DNA of 64,000 bases, taken from positions 310,001 to 374,000 of the forward strand of contig MU057521.1 in NCBI GenBank assembly GCA_013265495.1. The letters are read 5' to 3'. Numbering within the stretch: position 1 is the stretch's first letter; the number at the start of each line of letters is the position of its first letter. Positions 50,839 to 63,950 of the stretch are shown piece after piece. The position numbers and the translations under genes are program-made. Under the pieces are notes generated by a model. It made no database searches, was not told the origin of the DNA, and saw only the letters and a list, made by a program, of their open reading frames with translations. Source of the DNA: Vicugna vicugna. Its lineage: Eukaryota.

Positions 50839-53800
50839 TGTGCTTTCCCGTGTGTCATAGTCATCATCCTTTGAAGTCAGTGACTGTCTTGTTTCATTCT
50901 ATTTTCCAGTGAACTGCCACAAAGTTCAGCTCATTGTGAGGATTCAATGGCTCTTGAATTTATTCACTCATTTGTTCATTCAACAAAACACATTTTGAGT
51001 TTGGACTGGCTGGTTAATAAAAGAACTGTTAGCACAGTCCTCAAGCCATACATTTCCAAGCAGCTGTCCGGCATCTAAAGCCAGTTCTTTGTTACAGTTC
51101 TTCCTATGCCAGAATGAGGAGAGCTCACAGCCATTTGGGGAAGGATGTCTATTAAAATTCCAAATAATTGGAAGAATATCACATCTAGAGTAAAGTGTTG
51201 GTCTTACTAAAGAAAGGGGTTGGTGACAGAGTTGAACACGAGACAAATGCTAGGAAGAAGAACCTGTTCCAACCCACTGACAAAATCTCCTCTAAGAGAC
51301 GGTAAAGTATGGCCTCAGAAAGAATCTCCTCAACATTGGAGCCACTTGCTTGTTTAGCATAGGGTTGGCCTTTTTGCATAATAACTAGTACCTCTTTTAA
51401 AAATAAACCTCTTTTATCAATATGGCTCGCTTAGCCCATTAGGAAGAGGGACGTTCCTAACAGTCTGTTGGCTTACTCAGGAGGAGTCACCAAGGGCTGA
51501 CCAGTGCAATGGCAACATAACTCTCTCGGCCCTTCGGATACCGTCCTCTATAGCTCAACGACTGGGAACAATCTGAGGAAATGTATTACCTGGATTGTTC
51601 ACAGACTGAATAAATTTCTCCAAGTCTACAGGCTAGATTAGGAAGAACATCACTGATGCATCAAACTTCCTTTTCAATCGGTCCAACACCCTTCCTGTTT
51701 GGGAACCCTATAACATTAAGAGAGTTCCATTTGATTCATTACAAAAAAAAAAAAAAAAAGCTACCAAATAAATGCTCATTCCAAAGCTCTGCTTTAAACT
51801 GGAGCTGTGCCCAATGACTCACTATTATTCTAGGTGAACGGAGCACAGGGAAGCCATCAATCTTCAGAATGCAAAGCTATCTGAGCTACCCAGGAGGCTG
51901 ATGCCTACTTCGGAACACAATGGCGTTTCTACTAAGGTCTAGTCGATGCTTCTGTACCGCTCCTTTCATCTTCCTTTATTCTTCAATTCTTGTCATCCTC
52001 GAGTGTATCAGAAAAGCCCTCATGCAAAACAAAATTTTTAAATACATAGCACTTTCATTATTTTATTTCACTCACTATAAATAATTCCTGAAATATGAAA
52101 TTAATTTTTAAGAAGTGAAAAATGCAAATATAGAAATATATTACATCTGAAACAGTCACAGTTCTGACATGAAAAAAGTACTAAGTGTTTGTTGAATGGC
52201 TGAATATTAATTTGCTGTGAAATCAGCTGAGCCCTTCATACAGCCTTTAAAAAGTAAATACAAATAAATTTCCCTAAACTTGTCTGATATTTAAATGCTA
52301 TATCTGTTTGTTTGCATGAGAAAAAAGAAGATAATGAGTGTGACATTTGTTATCTCCAAATAAGCTAGATTTGTAGGGCACGTTAATTTGGAAAATTAAC
52401 CCCAAGGTAGCTGCCACCAGGAGGCCCCATTGAGGGCAGCAATAAAAACCGACCTTTCTGAGCCTTTCTCCATACAAGTTTAACGGAGGGACACATGAAA
52501 CTATGCTATTCAGTTGTAGGGTATGATTTTTCTCCCCAGAAAATAAACATCTCTAATTAGCAAAATGTCAAAATAAATGTATCCAAAACGTCAATATCTA
52601 CATTTACATCTTACATTAAGAAAATACCATCTAAAGCAAAATATTAAGAAAAACTAACATCAGAGTTGAAAGAGCTGTCATGTTAAGTCTCTACTAGAGC
52701 TGTCTAGGGCAGGTGATAAACCAACATCGCCGGGGCTCCCAGGAGCTCCATGTTTGTTCCTCCTGTCTAAATTCTCCTTTCCAACTATCCCTGCCCAGAC
52801 CCACACTGCACACTGACTCCTGGCTCTATTTTCAGGACTGTCCCCAGGGTGCGTGATGTGTGCAGAGGTCTATCAGTTCAGCCTGCTCCGAACGTCTGTA
52901 AATCCAGCATTCTGTTCACCCAGCCAGGCACCAGTGAGGTTCCTGCTTGACAGCTTGTCTCGCTGCAACGTGGGCTTTATCTGCTTCAGGGCTCCAATGA
53001 GTCCCTGTGCTGGTGAAGAGGCTTGTGAGTCACCGTGACACCTGGAGAATCAAATCTCCTCTCTCTGTTAAATTTCACCTAAGCAAGGGGTCTGTAAAGA
53101 CCACACCACCAAATGCCTTTCCTTTTCCCAGAGCTTCCTCTTCTGTAGGGCTTCACAGACCAGATAGAGCCAGTGCTCCTCTCACTTGCAATTAATTATT
53201 TACCTTTCTCCTTTTATCAACCTCTTCTGCCTGCCTGATCAGTGCTACAACTTGGTTATTCAACATTCAGGACACATCAAAGGGTAGTGGGTTTTGACTC
53301 TAGAACTTTTAAGACGTTTGAACATCGGTACATTTTTAACATTTAACACCTTAAACATAAAAACATACTTTGCTACAATGGTTTTCCCCCGGTAGGAGAG
53401 GGCTCCATCTGATAGACAAGCAAAAGAGCTCACACCCAGAGAACATGCTGGGGTTCCGTCACAGAAAGCACTTGAAGCTTAGAGACACTCTTATTTGTCT
53501 TGCAGCTGAAATTTAAGTGTTTTACCCCAAATCAGGCAGCAAGTTACATCTCGTCTCCTATTATAGTAGTTCTGTATCTTTTCTATTACACAAGTTTAAC
53601 CTCTCCATAGTCTATTATTAGTTTTTGCTGAAAGAAAAATAAGTGCTGAAGCTCTCTGGTACAAAATCCACCTGTCTCACAATTGCATTCGCTTTACAGT
53701 CTGGCAAAGCAGATGAACAAGTGCTAGAAGGAAGAGCATCTGCAGGCGAAGTTCTAAGAGAGTCCTAGTCTTGAGTTTCTCAGGCCCTCACATTTAGTAC

Positions 53801-56800
53801 TTGGCCATTTATTTGATAATCTTGGCCTCCTTTTCCCGGTGGAGTGTTACACTAGGTTATCTCTAAGGAGCATCTCAATTATAACATCCTGTTGCTCTAC
53901 TCTTCGGCATGTACCTCTACAATGAAAGCAAACTATGTGTTAAAGTTACGTCAACTTTTTTCCTACTACTATCTTACCTAGTGTGAGTCGGGCGAGAGCT
54001 TATTCTGTGCCTTTATACTTAAAGAGTTGGACTTCTCTGTGGCCCACTAAGGAACTGCAATATGTCACATGCGTTGAATAAATACATGTTGATAAAAGAG
54101 AGGAAGGAGTAAAGAAAGAGAAAGAGGAATGGAGAAAAGTAAGCAAACAAGTAGTTTTTCTCTCCAAAATTGCGAGCATCTCCAATCCACCTAAATCATA
54201 AGGGGCAGACGAAATTATGATCTGTCCCTGGAAACTAACAACCTTTACAATTTGTTTTCATTGGCGCAGAAAAGCCCCCACTCTTCTTCCTAGTATTTCT
54301 TTTCTCTCTCTAACTTATGGGAGGAATGTTTTCCTTCCAATACTGGTCTCCTCTGTGCTCTTAAGCCCTGCAGTTATTCAGTATAATTGACTGCGTGACA
54401 ACTTGTAATAGAAGTAATGTTAGGTCAGCAATCCAAGTCACATATCAAACTAAGAAGGTATTATGGGACAAATCACATTTTAATCAGTCGGAGCTTAGAT
54501 AAATGCAGGAGTATTGATAGCATTTATGGTTTGTATAACAGCCTGTGGTGTGACAGAGCGATAGCACTTTGAAATACAGCCAATGAATGTTAATTAAAGG
54601 TAAATCATACTGGAACTCCTGTGGTATTACATGATGTCCATGTGAATTCTCTAATAATTTATAATGCTTGATGTGATCCCACACCGTGTGACAAGAAGTG
54701 TGATTATTTGTAGCTCTGCTTGATCTGCAGCATAAAATTTACTTTGGACGCAATGGGATGTGTTGCTAATACACACCCCGTACAGGAGTAGTCCTTCTGC
54801 AGAGGCGTTTCAAGTCTCCCAGAATCAAGATACAGCATCGAGTGCTCAACTGGAACATAATTGTACAGTGACTAAACATTATCTCACAGGAAATACATAA
54901 ATACATTATTTCCAGGAAATAATAAGTGGAAAGTAGTTTCTTAATTGCTGGTTCATAGCTGCCTGGTCTCAGATGCCATGATTTTGAGTCCCTAATGCTC
55001 TGCTCTTAGACTAATTGCATCCTTGACATCTAATTGTTCTGTTCCCACCCTGACAGCCACACTGTTCTTTCAAGTGCTTCCTGGGGAGGTGTGAGAGGGA
55101 AGGGGAAAGAAGAGGCTTATAATAGCAGACTGAAAAATTTAAGGATACTTAGCCCCACTCCCAAAATTTCTCAAAGCCTTTAAATTCCAAGAGTAGAAGA
55201 AGCATGCTACACTTTAATGATACGTTTCCTCCACGTTATTAAAGCGCTCCCACCAGTGTTATGTTAGGTGACTGACAAATGAGTCAAATGATGCTAAAAA
55301 ATGCTAATTGGATTCAACTGCCCTTTGTTTTTTTTCTAATTTGTACCCACAAATCAACTCTCGTTAATCTCCTTGTAAATATCAGTTGCAAAAATATGAG
55401 AAGCAAATGAACAGTCTTCAAAAAAAATGATGCATCCTTTTTCCAGAATCATCTTTCCATTTCCCTGCCCATTATCCATACATTGAAATTGGAGCTACAG
55501 AGTGAGGGGCAGAGAATTTCAGCTGGAGTGGAGGACTTCATTTGCCTCTTTCTATGCAAAACCAACAGACCCTTAGCCTGTGGGAAAAAAATACAAATTT
55601 CTTCCTTTTGAAAATATCGCAGAAGCAGCTGCTCCTCAGCTATTTTGAGTGGATTTTCTGAGAACAGCTTGTCGCTGCAATATTGTATATGGTGGATGGT
55701 TGGCAAGAGCCTAGTTGTGGGAGGGGAATAAGTAAAACTGAAAACCAGTGCAAGCTCCAGTAACTGACAAACTGATGGAGAACAAGGCCACGCCCCACAG
55801 TGGAAAGAAATGGATGGGAAGACAAAATTAACCCAGTGGCGGAAGGGTTAGCCTTTTTTATTTATTTAAATCAAGCTTAACATTTTTGCTTTGTTAACAC
55901 AATTTTAAGTGAGAAAAGGCAGAGGTTAGTGTTAAAGACAACAAAGAGAATCCAAAAGAATAAAGGAAGAGAAATAAATTCAAATGTAGATGAAATTCCA
56001 GGCTGCTGCGAGGCAACAGGTAACAGCCAGCTCACACTCGTGCTGGGCTGGACAGCTCAACAGACGGGCTTGCGTATTTGTCCCACAGCGGCTTGCACAT
56101 TACAACTCTGGCTAAAGGGTAAGGAGTCTTTAGGTTCCTGCTTTGGATCACAGTTACTAATCCTCGTGTACAACAAAGAAGCATGGTTAACCTGTGGGTC
56201 CTGAGACAGGAGCCAGAGTGTCATCAGAAGAGCATCGGTGTCTGAGGTCAAGCTGAGAACACAGAGCCTCTCAGGACCCATGTTCTTAGTAATCAAAGGG
56301 GGTCAAAGCAGCAGTTACTTTGGGACCTTGAGCGCCTAGAAAACACACTCACACAGCCTGAAGTGTTATTCCCCAAATCCTCTGTATTTTTATTCAAGCC
56401 CCTCACTTTCCAGACTATAGATACTTACCATTCCAACACCTCAAGTCTAGCTGACCTGAAACCTCCCATAAAGAGGTCTCTGTGTGCACAATAGTTTCAC
56501 CTTCTTCTGCTCCAAAAACTTAGAAATAATCAACCATTCTGACTGATTCACACAGGATCTCTATTTTTGATATCTGTGTCTGATTAACTCCCCATTTCTA
56601 CCCTTAACTGTAGCTTTAACCACATATAGAAACTTAATTTTTAAAAAATCACAGATTGATGAGTCATATAAGGCAAACAGAAAAGTCCAGTTTTTTGAAC
56701 ATTTTGAAACAGCTCCGTAAAATACAGCCCCAAATAACGCATTTACTAACACTAGAGAAGTTGTTCTTACTGAGTCTGTTGCGATCTCCAGTGCTCTGGA

Positions 56801-56897
56801 AATCCGAAAGGGTGTTTTGGTTATCGCAATGACTAGAGTTGCTCCTGGACTTTAACGTAGAAGGGTCAGGGATACAGATGTCCTGAAGTTCACTTAC

Positions 56898-56961
56898 AGT
56901 CCTGCACGGCTGAAGAATTGCCCTGCATTCTACCAGGCTTTCAGATCTCTCACAGGACATT
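56898..56961 (-). other. Candidate 64-nt exon containing an ATG
   Basis: Minus strand: tttcatctctaag acceptor, ACT|GTAAGT donor, ATG at 56960-56958. Confidence 0.2.
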
Positions 56962-59080
56962 CTTAGAGATGAAATACCTGTTTATAATTTCCTAAATCCA
57001 TGCAGACCGCCATTTCAATTATAAATGTAAGATAATTTTCCGCATGGGTTTCATATACATTGATTGTTCTAAGAATACAACTATACATAAATAGAGATTG
57101 TTATTTTCTTTGGCCTTTCTTTACCAGGAGTTGGCTAACATTTTGTAAAACCGTAAATGGGAAATGGCATTTGTGAAATCTGAGTTGCAATACATTGCAC
57201 CCATATCGGCCTGCATCTGCAGCTGTCACATTCATGGTGATTCCACAGGTAGGTCCAAACACCTGCTCACTTTATTAGCTCTCCCAGCGTAGCCATTTCC
57301 AAGCATTCGCACCTTGGAAATGCATCTTTCCTTTCCCTGCATGGAAACACACTAGACCAATGATAGATGTATCCTTTACTGAATGGGGATTTTCTTCTCA
57401 TCATGCAATTACCACAAGGCAAAGGACCTACTTCTTGGACCTCCATGAGTGGGCCATGCCTGTGCAGCTCTTAACTCTGTCAACTTGGTCCGATGTCCAC
57501 TCTGTCCTTTGTCACTCTGACCCTTATAAATAGGTTCTTTCACTTTTCTCTTGTGTTTGCCTCAAGTTCTGACGGATAATTCTTCTGGAATTTAGTAATT
57601 TAACACTTTTTATGTCTACCAGTTAAGTGATACTTTCCCCCTCCCCCTAAAGAACTCCCTTCCCAGTCAGTATATAATTCTTGCTTTTGGATGATAAAAC
57701 TATCCAAATCAAAATAAGGTGTTTTCTTTTTTCCTTCAATAGGGTGGATATATTGGCACAAAGACTCAAAGGTCTAGCCCTCATAGCAAATACGTTCCTA
57801 TAGTAGAAATGCGTGCATTAGACATCATCGCCATTGAAACCAGCCAATTACCTTCCCTTCTTCCGACTGAATTGGTTCTAAATGACTTGTTATATTTCGA
57901 TGTCTATACAGAATTTCCTACTGAGGTGAAATTGAACTGATCAATTGGCACACGTTTCTTGTACTCCTTGCACTTATATTAATTATTACAAATCAATAAA
58001 TTGATATTATTTTTATGCAAATCTTTTGTGACTTTAGTTTCCCTATTTCATTCCCTGGATCCAAATAATTCTGGGTATGCTAGCAAAATAAAATTCATGG
58101 ATAAGCAAAATTGAGAACTAGTTCATAGGTTGAGTATTCACCTACAAAACTATGTAAACAACTGATCTCCAAAGGAAGAGCATCAAACTGCACAGAGACA
58201 ACATGCTGTAATGCAAGAGGCTTGAAACCCAAACTTTAGAGTAAGAAATACTTGGAATTTAATCCATGCCTAGACATTTATTATTGTGTGACATTGAAGA
58301 ATGTTACTGAGATGGTTCCTAAGACTCATTTTAAATGCTTAACACACATGTACATGCCCAGACACACATTAACTGGGTATTTGCTATTTTAAATTTGTAG
58401 ATGGCACATGCATCCTGCTGTTCGCACTAATAGGAATGGGCTCTATTATAAAAGAAATGGCCCTGGTTCTTAGAGCTAAGGGAATGTCTAAGCAAAGGAT
58501 CTATAACAAGGGCTTATTCTTTGGATATTATTCCACCAGCTCTCATGCTGTCCTGTGATGTCAACTACTACTATAGGGGCGAAAAAAAAACGATGCTAAA
58601 TTGGTTTCCTTATTATTGAAGCACAGTCAATAGCTGATTTCATTGCCACTCCCTCCTTCTTGCTTTCTAGCAATTAGACTAGTAATTGTATGACATGCTA
58701 GGACTCACCCATCCCATGAATATGGTGCCCACAGGACATTTCTGAGTAGCAGCCACTATACTTCCCCACTTTTTTAGTTTAGAAACTGTAAAAGTGACCC
58801 CTACAGAAAGATCCACCATAACCACAGGGGTCACTAGAGCTAGGGAACAGTGCTTTATATTTAGCTAACCACCAGTACACCAGATTCTTTTTATTATTTA
58901 TGGCGTGCACTATAGAGGTCTGATGCTGGACCATGGATGGCCGTGACAAGAAGAGAATGCCAGGTGAGACTCAGCCCTCCCAGCCACCAGAGCCAGCATT
59001 AATCTCTGTTTGAAACATATATGTTATAGTTTTAGTTTAAAAATAATACAGTTTTATATATTTAAAAAAAAAGTTTCTTT

Positions 59081-59246
59081 TGTATAGCACAGGAAACTAT
59101 GGTCAGTATCTTGTTAATAGCCTTTAATGGAAAAAAATGTGAAAATGAATATATGTATGTATATGCATGACTGGGACATTGCTCTGTACACCAGAGATTG
59201 ACACATTGTTACTGACTGTACTTCAATAAAAAATAATAATAATAAT
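59081..59246 (+). mobile_element. Relatively young 5'-truncated L1 3' end (camelid-type)
   Basis: gtatagcacaggaaactat...gcatgactgggacattgctctgtacaccagagattgacaca...cttcaataaa followed by (AAT)n tail. Confidence 0.85.
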
Positions 59247-59989
59247 AGTTTTTCTTTTTCTTGTTTAAGCAACAGAGGGTTGGAATGGTTGCTTTTACTT
59301 TTGGCAAATCCAAAGATCTTGGGGTGGAGAGAATTGATCAAACATGGTCAACACTTTTGGGGCTACAGTTCTTACAAGAATCTCTCTAAGACGCATCAGT
59401 TAAAATAAGCATGGTACTTTTTACCTAACTGAACAGTTAGACATAAAATATATGAAGGCATTTATATATAATAGGCATTTAAGACGTGCTAGTTTTTAAA
59501 CTCATTATTGTAAATCAAAACTGGCCAGGACTTTCCACCATAGGAAGGGGAAAAACTATGATTCATCCCAAAAGCCACATGCTTATGATAATGTTCATTT
59601 TTGTCACATTTCCATTGTGGGAACTTTTCAAACATGATTCATGTAAGATGAATAGCAAGTTTCTTATAAATTGTATTAATTTGCTACCTTCAGAAATCTA
59701 AGGATCTAGCCTAATTTGCCAGATTTTAAGAAAACTTCCAAAGAATTAATGATACATGAGTTCCTATATTTCAACTGGGTGAGAATATATGGGAACTCAT
59801 GATATTCTGTGGTAGTATTATTGGTATGCTATTGAATTATTATATATATTTGGGCCACAATTTACCAGGTTTGAGAGACTGTGAGGATGTAGGGGGTAAT
59901 ATGTACTTTGAAATATGTGGCATTAACACCGGTATGGAAAGAGGGCATACACAAAAGAATTTCATGATGTTTGGCATGTGAAGCCACAC

Positions 59990-62900
59990 TCCCAAGCCAG
60001 GGACACATTGCCTTACTTAGGATGGTTGTTTACCAGAGACAGACTCTTTCTCTTGCCCCAGCCAAGCAACAAGTAACAAGTAACAGTGAAGTTTTGCTGA
60101 AAGAGTTGCAAAAGCAGAGACATTCTTGGCACAGCACAAAGAAGAGACCTAAAGCTGAGAACGAGAGCGATATTGAGAAAAATTCTCTGGCAGCCCATGA
60201 CAAGCCATATTGGAGCCCGAGGCAAAAGGAAAACTATGTGTCTCTAAACGCACTCATCAAAATATCTTCTCATACTTTTAACCAAGTGAAAAGTGGGTGA
60301 AAGTTCTGTAATAAATACACATAATTATTTATAAAGCCCAAGTTGCCCGTTGAGTTTGCTCACCATGGTCAACTTCCTAACCCACCCAGTAAGAGAGGCA
60401 ATGCCTGAGAACCACAGGGTGTTCTCACTGACAGAGGGTTGTAAAACAAGTAACACCAACCTGTCTTTATCTTAAAGTTTGGTATTTGTTTATCACGGAT
60501 TTTTTAATTAATTAGTTTTTTTTAAATACTGAATTAAAATATTATTTATCTTGATGACTGAGTTTTTAACATCCCCTTAAATTTTGCACATGGTCAAGTG
60601 TCTCACATCCCACCCTAATCCCAGTCCTGCCCTCTGGCAAACCAGCCCCCATCCTAAACATATCTCTAGAAAATTTTGAAATCTATGGTTTACCTAGAGT
60701 ACGGCAGCAATCACAAATCTCAAACCTAGCTCAGCACCTCACTATATTGACTCAAATATCCACCTAAAGGTCTAAAAGAAGGAAAAGAGTGCTTATTTCC
60801 AGTTAGGGCAAAAAAACAAAACAGAACAAACAAAGAAGAAAAACAATTTACTTCAGACTCTAATGCCCTATATATTTGCTTTCGGCAAAATTACAAGCCA
60901 TAAAAAAAGAAAAAAAAAAAACAAGGAAAACTACATACTGGTAAAACAGACTAGGCAATTAACAGAACCAGACACATATGACAGAAATGCTGGAATGCTG
61001 CGGCATGGAAGGTACAATAACTATGTAACTATGTTAAAGTCTCTAATGGCAAAGGTAGGCGACATGCAGGATCAGATGGGTAATTTTAGAAGAAATGAAC
61101 ACTGTTAGAAAACATCAAGAGGAACTACTGAAAGTGAAAAACATAGTAACAAGGATAAAGAAAATGACACAGCAGAGAAAGAAAAAAATCAGTAAATATT
61201 AAGATAAGTCAACAGAAATTACCTGAATGGAAGTACGGAGAGAAAATACTTAAGAAAAATAAACAATAATAGAAAAAAAGCAGGACAGAGCATTCAAGAA
61301 CTATTAGGCAATATCAGACAGTCTAACATAAATGTAATTAGAATCTCAGAATGAGAAGAAAGGATGGGGCAGAAGAAATATTTGAAGAAATAATGGCTAA
61401 TAATTTTTCAAATTAAATAACAGATAACAATCTACAGATGCAAGAATCGCAAAGAACAAACAGGGTAAGTATCAAAAACACACAAAAAACACTTGTAAAC
61501 TTAGTCATATCTTATCAGCAATCAGCAACAAAAAATGTTACATACACAGAAATTAAGAAAATATTTACATTAGACTTTTTAATCAGAAACGATTTAAGCC
61601 AGAAGACAACAGAAAAATATACTCATGAGCTGAAAAGGAAAACAAAACAAAACTTTCCAGCCATAATTCTATATTTATCAAAATATATTTTATAATTGAA
61701 AGACTTTCTGAAACAAACAAAACTCTAGAAATTTTATTGCCAGCAGATCTGTACCATAAGAAATTTTAGGGAAAGCTATTCTGTAAGAAGGAATAAATCA
61801 GACAGAAAATAGGATCTACAAAAAGAAAAGTAATACAAAGGAAATGGAATAAAGAGGGTAGAATATATTCTCTTAATATTTAATTGCTCTGAAATATAAA
61901 TGATTTGTCTAAAGCAAAAATAGTAGCTATTTATTACATGCTCATGGCATATATAAATACAAAATGCTCTATGATAAAAACAAAAAGAATGTGTTTGTAT
62001 GCTTGGTTTGGTCTGTTCACTTATATTCATATATTACACATGAATCAGTATAATACTGTTGGAAAATAAACTCTGAGTAATTAAAGAACAACCCAAAGAA
62101 CAACTAAAAATTTTAGAAGAGGTATGAATAATAACTCAACATTGTAGATAAAAGGAAATTAGAAAAAAAATTCTATTATCCTTTAAAAAGTTACAAAAAG
62201 AGGAAAAACAGTAACAGAGAGTAGAAGGAACAATTAGAAAAACAAGTACAGGATGGCAGATTTTTAACCCTACCACATCATTAAACAAATTAAACATAAA
62301 CAGTCTAAACACACCAATTAAAAGACATAGAATGTCAGATGGGATACAGTGACTGAAGTGTATGATATGCTGTCTACAATAAACTCACTTTAAACATAAC
62401 TACATATGTCAGTAATAAAAAGCATTCAAAACATTCACTAAGACAGACCATACTCTGTGCCATAATACAAAATTCACCCAATTTGAAAGAATAGAAATCA
62501 GATACAGTATGCTCAGACAATAAGTGAAATAAATGAGAAACAAAACTATATCTAAAAATCCCCCAAACACTTGAAAATTAAAAAACAAATTTCTAAATAA
62601 TCCCTGGTTCCAAAGGGAAGTATTAAAGGGAAATTTAAAAAAAGTTTTTAACTAAGTGAAAATAAAAATGCTACATAGTACTTGTGGGAGACAGCTAAAG
62701 AAGTGCTTAGAAGGAAACATAGCAATAAATACATAGTTTAGAGAAGAAAGTAGATCTTAAATCAGTGATTTAAGACATCTTAGAAACAACAGAAAGAATA
62801 AATTAAACCCCAAACAAGAAGGAAAGAAATAATAAACATAAACAAAAGTCAATGCAACTAAGAGCATAATGACAATAGAAAAAATTAATAAAACCAAAAG

Positions 62901-63700
62901 CTATTTCTTTGAACATTTCAAATTGATAAACCTCTAGGCAGGCTAGCCAAGGGGAAAAAAAAGAAGCTAATCACCAATATCAGGCTAATAAAAGAGATAA
63001 CTACTATAGAGCCTTTGGGAAAAATATTTGCAAATTACGTATCTTATAAAGTACTCATATTCAGATTACATAAATACTCTCAGAACTCAACACTAAGAGA
63101 GCAATCTATTTAGAAAGTCAGCAAAAGATTTTAACAGTCTTTTTGCTAAAGAAGACGTATAAATGAAAAATAAGCAGATGAAGAGATAATCAACAACATT
63201 AGTCAATAGGAAAATACAATATAAACTCAAAAGAAATGCCATTCTATACCAACTACAACAGCCAAAGAATTGTAAAAGCAACAAAACAAAACAAAACAAA
63301 ACGAGTACTGGGGAAGATATGGAGTAACTGCAACTCTCACACATTGCTGGGAAAAAATGCTAAATGAATAAAGCACTTTGCAGGAAACATCTTGGCATCT
63401 TCTTGTAAAGTTAAATATGTACTTACCATGTGACCCACCAATCCTAATCCAAGCTACTTATACATGAACAATGAAAACTTGTATTAACCAAAATCCAATA
63501 TTAGAATGTTTATGGAGGCTTTATTCATAATTACCAAAAGCTGAAAATTATCAAAATTTTCTTAAACCTGTGAAGGGGTAAACAAACTGTGGTACATCCA
63601 CACAATGGTACACTACTCATCAGTAAAAGGAACAAACTTACTATACTTGTGACAACATAGATGGCTCTCAAATGTACTGTGCTGAATGAAAGAATTCATA
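59990..63700 (+). mobile_element. Old L1 (L1M-type): 5' region, ORF1, EN part of ORF2, 3' end; RT region apparently missing
   Basis: ORF1-like gcagaagaaatatttgaagaaataatggct; EN-like aaacagtctaaacacaccaattaaaagac; jump near 63015 to tgggaaaaaatatttgca (WEKIFA); 3' aaacaaactgtggtacatcca. Confidence 0.85.
60191..60629 (-). mobile_element. MER96B-like hAT DNA transposon nested in the L1 5' region
   Basis: CAG...CTG ends; ccccttaaattttgcac...caccctaatcccagtcctg terminus; degenerate 8-bp TSD ttctctgg (60183-60190) / ccctctgg (60630-60637). Confidence 0.7.
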
Positions 63701-63704
63701 CCCC

Positions 63705-63950
63705 TGTCTCCATCTTCACAATTCGTCAAGACCTCTAGGCTTTGCTTAAGGTCTCTCAGCTTGAAATGTGATTCAGTAAATGCTTCAAGACAGAAAGCTA
63801 GAATGACTGTATGACTCACCTCACTTTTCCCCCTTCTGATGGGAACTACGACTGTTCACTTCTTGCACTCCAATATTTGAATGCAGTTATTTCTTACTTT
63901 GTTCAGTTTTCTGAAAGGAAGGAAAATTCAATCCTGATTTCTTCATCGTG
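63705..63950 (-). mobile_element. Old L1 5' fragment in opposite orientation
   Basis: gactcacctcacttttcccc...ccaatatttgaatgcagttatttcttac. Confidence 0.4.

Noticed and set aside
51743..51759. A17 tract as tail of a processed pseudogene
   Set aside because: No AATAAA, TSD or recognisable coding sequence upstream
59971..60300. 109-aa ORF
   Set aside because: Spans the L1 5' region and the nested hAT element; non-ATG start
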